DNA of 44,682 nucleotides from Phoronis australis (Eukaryota; Animalia; Phoronida), in the NCBI GenBank assembly GCA_002633005.1, contig NMRA01000284.1, positions 222,742 through 267,423 of the forward strand. Direction: 5' to 3'. The notes under the pieces were generated by a model. That model was not told where the DNA came from and did not search any database. It was given only the letters and a program-made list of their open reading frames with translations. Shown one piece after another: positions 43,038 through 44,682 of the stretch. Both the position numbers and the translations under genes were made by a program. Every line of letters starts with the position of its first letter. The stretch's first letter is position 1.

Positions 43038-44682
43038 CTGAAATGAAATAAAACAGATCTTATTCATAACAATGCATGGCCACTATTGTGCNGTACAATT
43101 ACATAATGTTAATACACAAGCTTTATACTGTTTGATATTCTTTGATCTCATAGTCTCACGATAAACTTACATTCAATCCTATTTCAATCCTATTCATTTG
43201 ACCCCATGTTAAAAACCATCCATAGACAGAGCGGTCAAGCTAGCAATTTTTTTTAGTCAGGTAACACATAATTTGAATATAGTGAAAAGCACTTTGTTCC
43301 AAGTTTCGGTCTTGGTACCTTGAACTCCAATGCCTGGTGGCTTAACTAGTGGACCAAAGAGCAATTGCCGCGAATTGACAGCAGGCAAGTGATTTAAGAG
43401 AGGCCTTTATATTACTACGTTCACTGCAGATTCAACACATTTTCAAGGTAAAAACTGTTTAGCAAGCATTATTTTATCAATTAAAAGTTAAATCCGTCCC
43501 GCTCTCCCGGCCATCGGCTCGGCATTGCATGCACCTACTAGATACACTAGAATGGCTAAGTGGATGCTGCAGCACAGCCACAGGCACAGCACAGCACAGC
43601 ACAGGTTAGCCAGCCACCTAGCTGTATGAAGACTGTCGTCTAAATACAACTAGGTACCACACTGCGTGTATTTCTTCCGTAGACACCGAAATTGCACACA
43701 GCCAGGGTAGTTCTGCCCATCACCTCGCCGTGAACTGGGAATCAACCGACACTCACCTTGCTCGTTACAAGCGTTTAAGTGAAAAACAATGTAATAAACA
43801 TAATTTTCTTGCGTTACTCTCTGCCATTTCTAACAATGAAAAGTATGTCGTCGTGTCACGCGCTTGCGCCATTTCCTAAATTTTGCGACATCTCTCAGGA
43901 GATGATGATAGCTTGGTAGCAGCAAAATTTCTTCTGAAATTCGTTTTTTCGGTATCAAAATTCTAAAAACTTATAATGAAGTGAAACCAGTTCTGATAAT
44001 TTGTTGTGACGTGTACGCAACCTCGTGAAAGAAGAACAGTTGATTAAAGAATCGGCGAAAAAAGAAACTGGCCAATAGGTGACGCAATATTTCATGGCGC
44101 CGAAAGCCGTCGCTAAAGATCGCTCCACAACTTTAGCAGCAGAATAACGGTAGAATGCCATTTTTTCCAACACAGTTAAATAATTTAGTTTACTCAAGGA
44201 AGACTGTAGTTTTTAATGACATTAATTTTGTGTCAGATTTTATCTTAACACTTTTTTACCCACATCGGTGCAAAGCTGTTTATTTATTATACAGCACAGT
44301 TTTTACCAAGGCTAAGCACAGGTTAGGCAATGACCATCGCCTCAGTTGGCCCAAACCAGAGGCGATGCAGCTCCTATAGGCGCTCCATATGCCGGAAGCT
44401 TTTCGGCGAAATATGCCTCACACTGGCTAAAGCATGAAAGTCACGTTGTTATAAATACCTTTTGCGTATAGAGGGACACCTTAGGAGGTTGGCGGTGTGT
44501 TTAATTCCTTCCAACTCGAACAAATACTTCCGTTATCGAACTTTTTGTTCGAGCAGTCACTCATTCAGTTCCCAAAATCGTGAACTCACCATTTTTATAC
44601 TGCGCACGCTCCAATTTTTACCGCGCTCGCTAGGTGATGTGACTTCATGACCTCAATCTTTAAATAGGCCAAAGGTGAGCCA

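Overview
Eukaryotic (invertebrate animal) genomic DNA, AT-rich, with one assembly gap (N run at about 2243-2445 inside a (CA)n microsatellite). The right two thirds hold three spliced host genes reconstructed by hand with phase-consistent GT-AG introns: the selenocysteine-specific elongation factor EEFSEC (minus, 7 coding exons, 24724 to 15981), WDR47 (plus, 8 coding exons, 25202 to 34778; head-to-head with EEFSEC across about 480 bp), and a C6orf136-like gene (minus, 5 identifiable exons, 43037 to 38257, N-terminus unresolved). The left third is a nest of decayed transposons. A Mag-type Gypsy LTR retrotransposon (minus, about 3750-13552, with tRNA-Ser PBS and PPT) is interrupted by a Kolobok-type element (4860-6642, TTAA duplication) and an Academ-type element (7667-12851, ATA duplication). 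The Academ transposase relic is split into two oppositely oriented halves around a Penelope-like retroelement that carries a variant minimal hammerhead ribozyme. Most unusual observations: the EEFSEC UGA stop is followed by a 136-codon frame whose only stops are UGA; a 60/48-bp minisatellite reiterates the EEFSEC exon 6 splice donor 15 times; and a 40-bp tandem array downstream of the WDR47 stop pairs CTCF-like motifs with AATAAA. Family assignments rest on recalled motifs; no searches were run.
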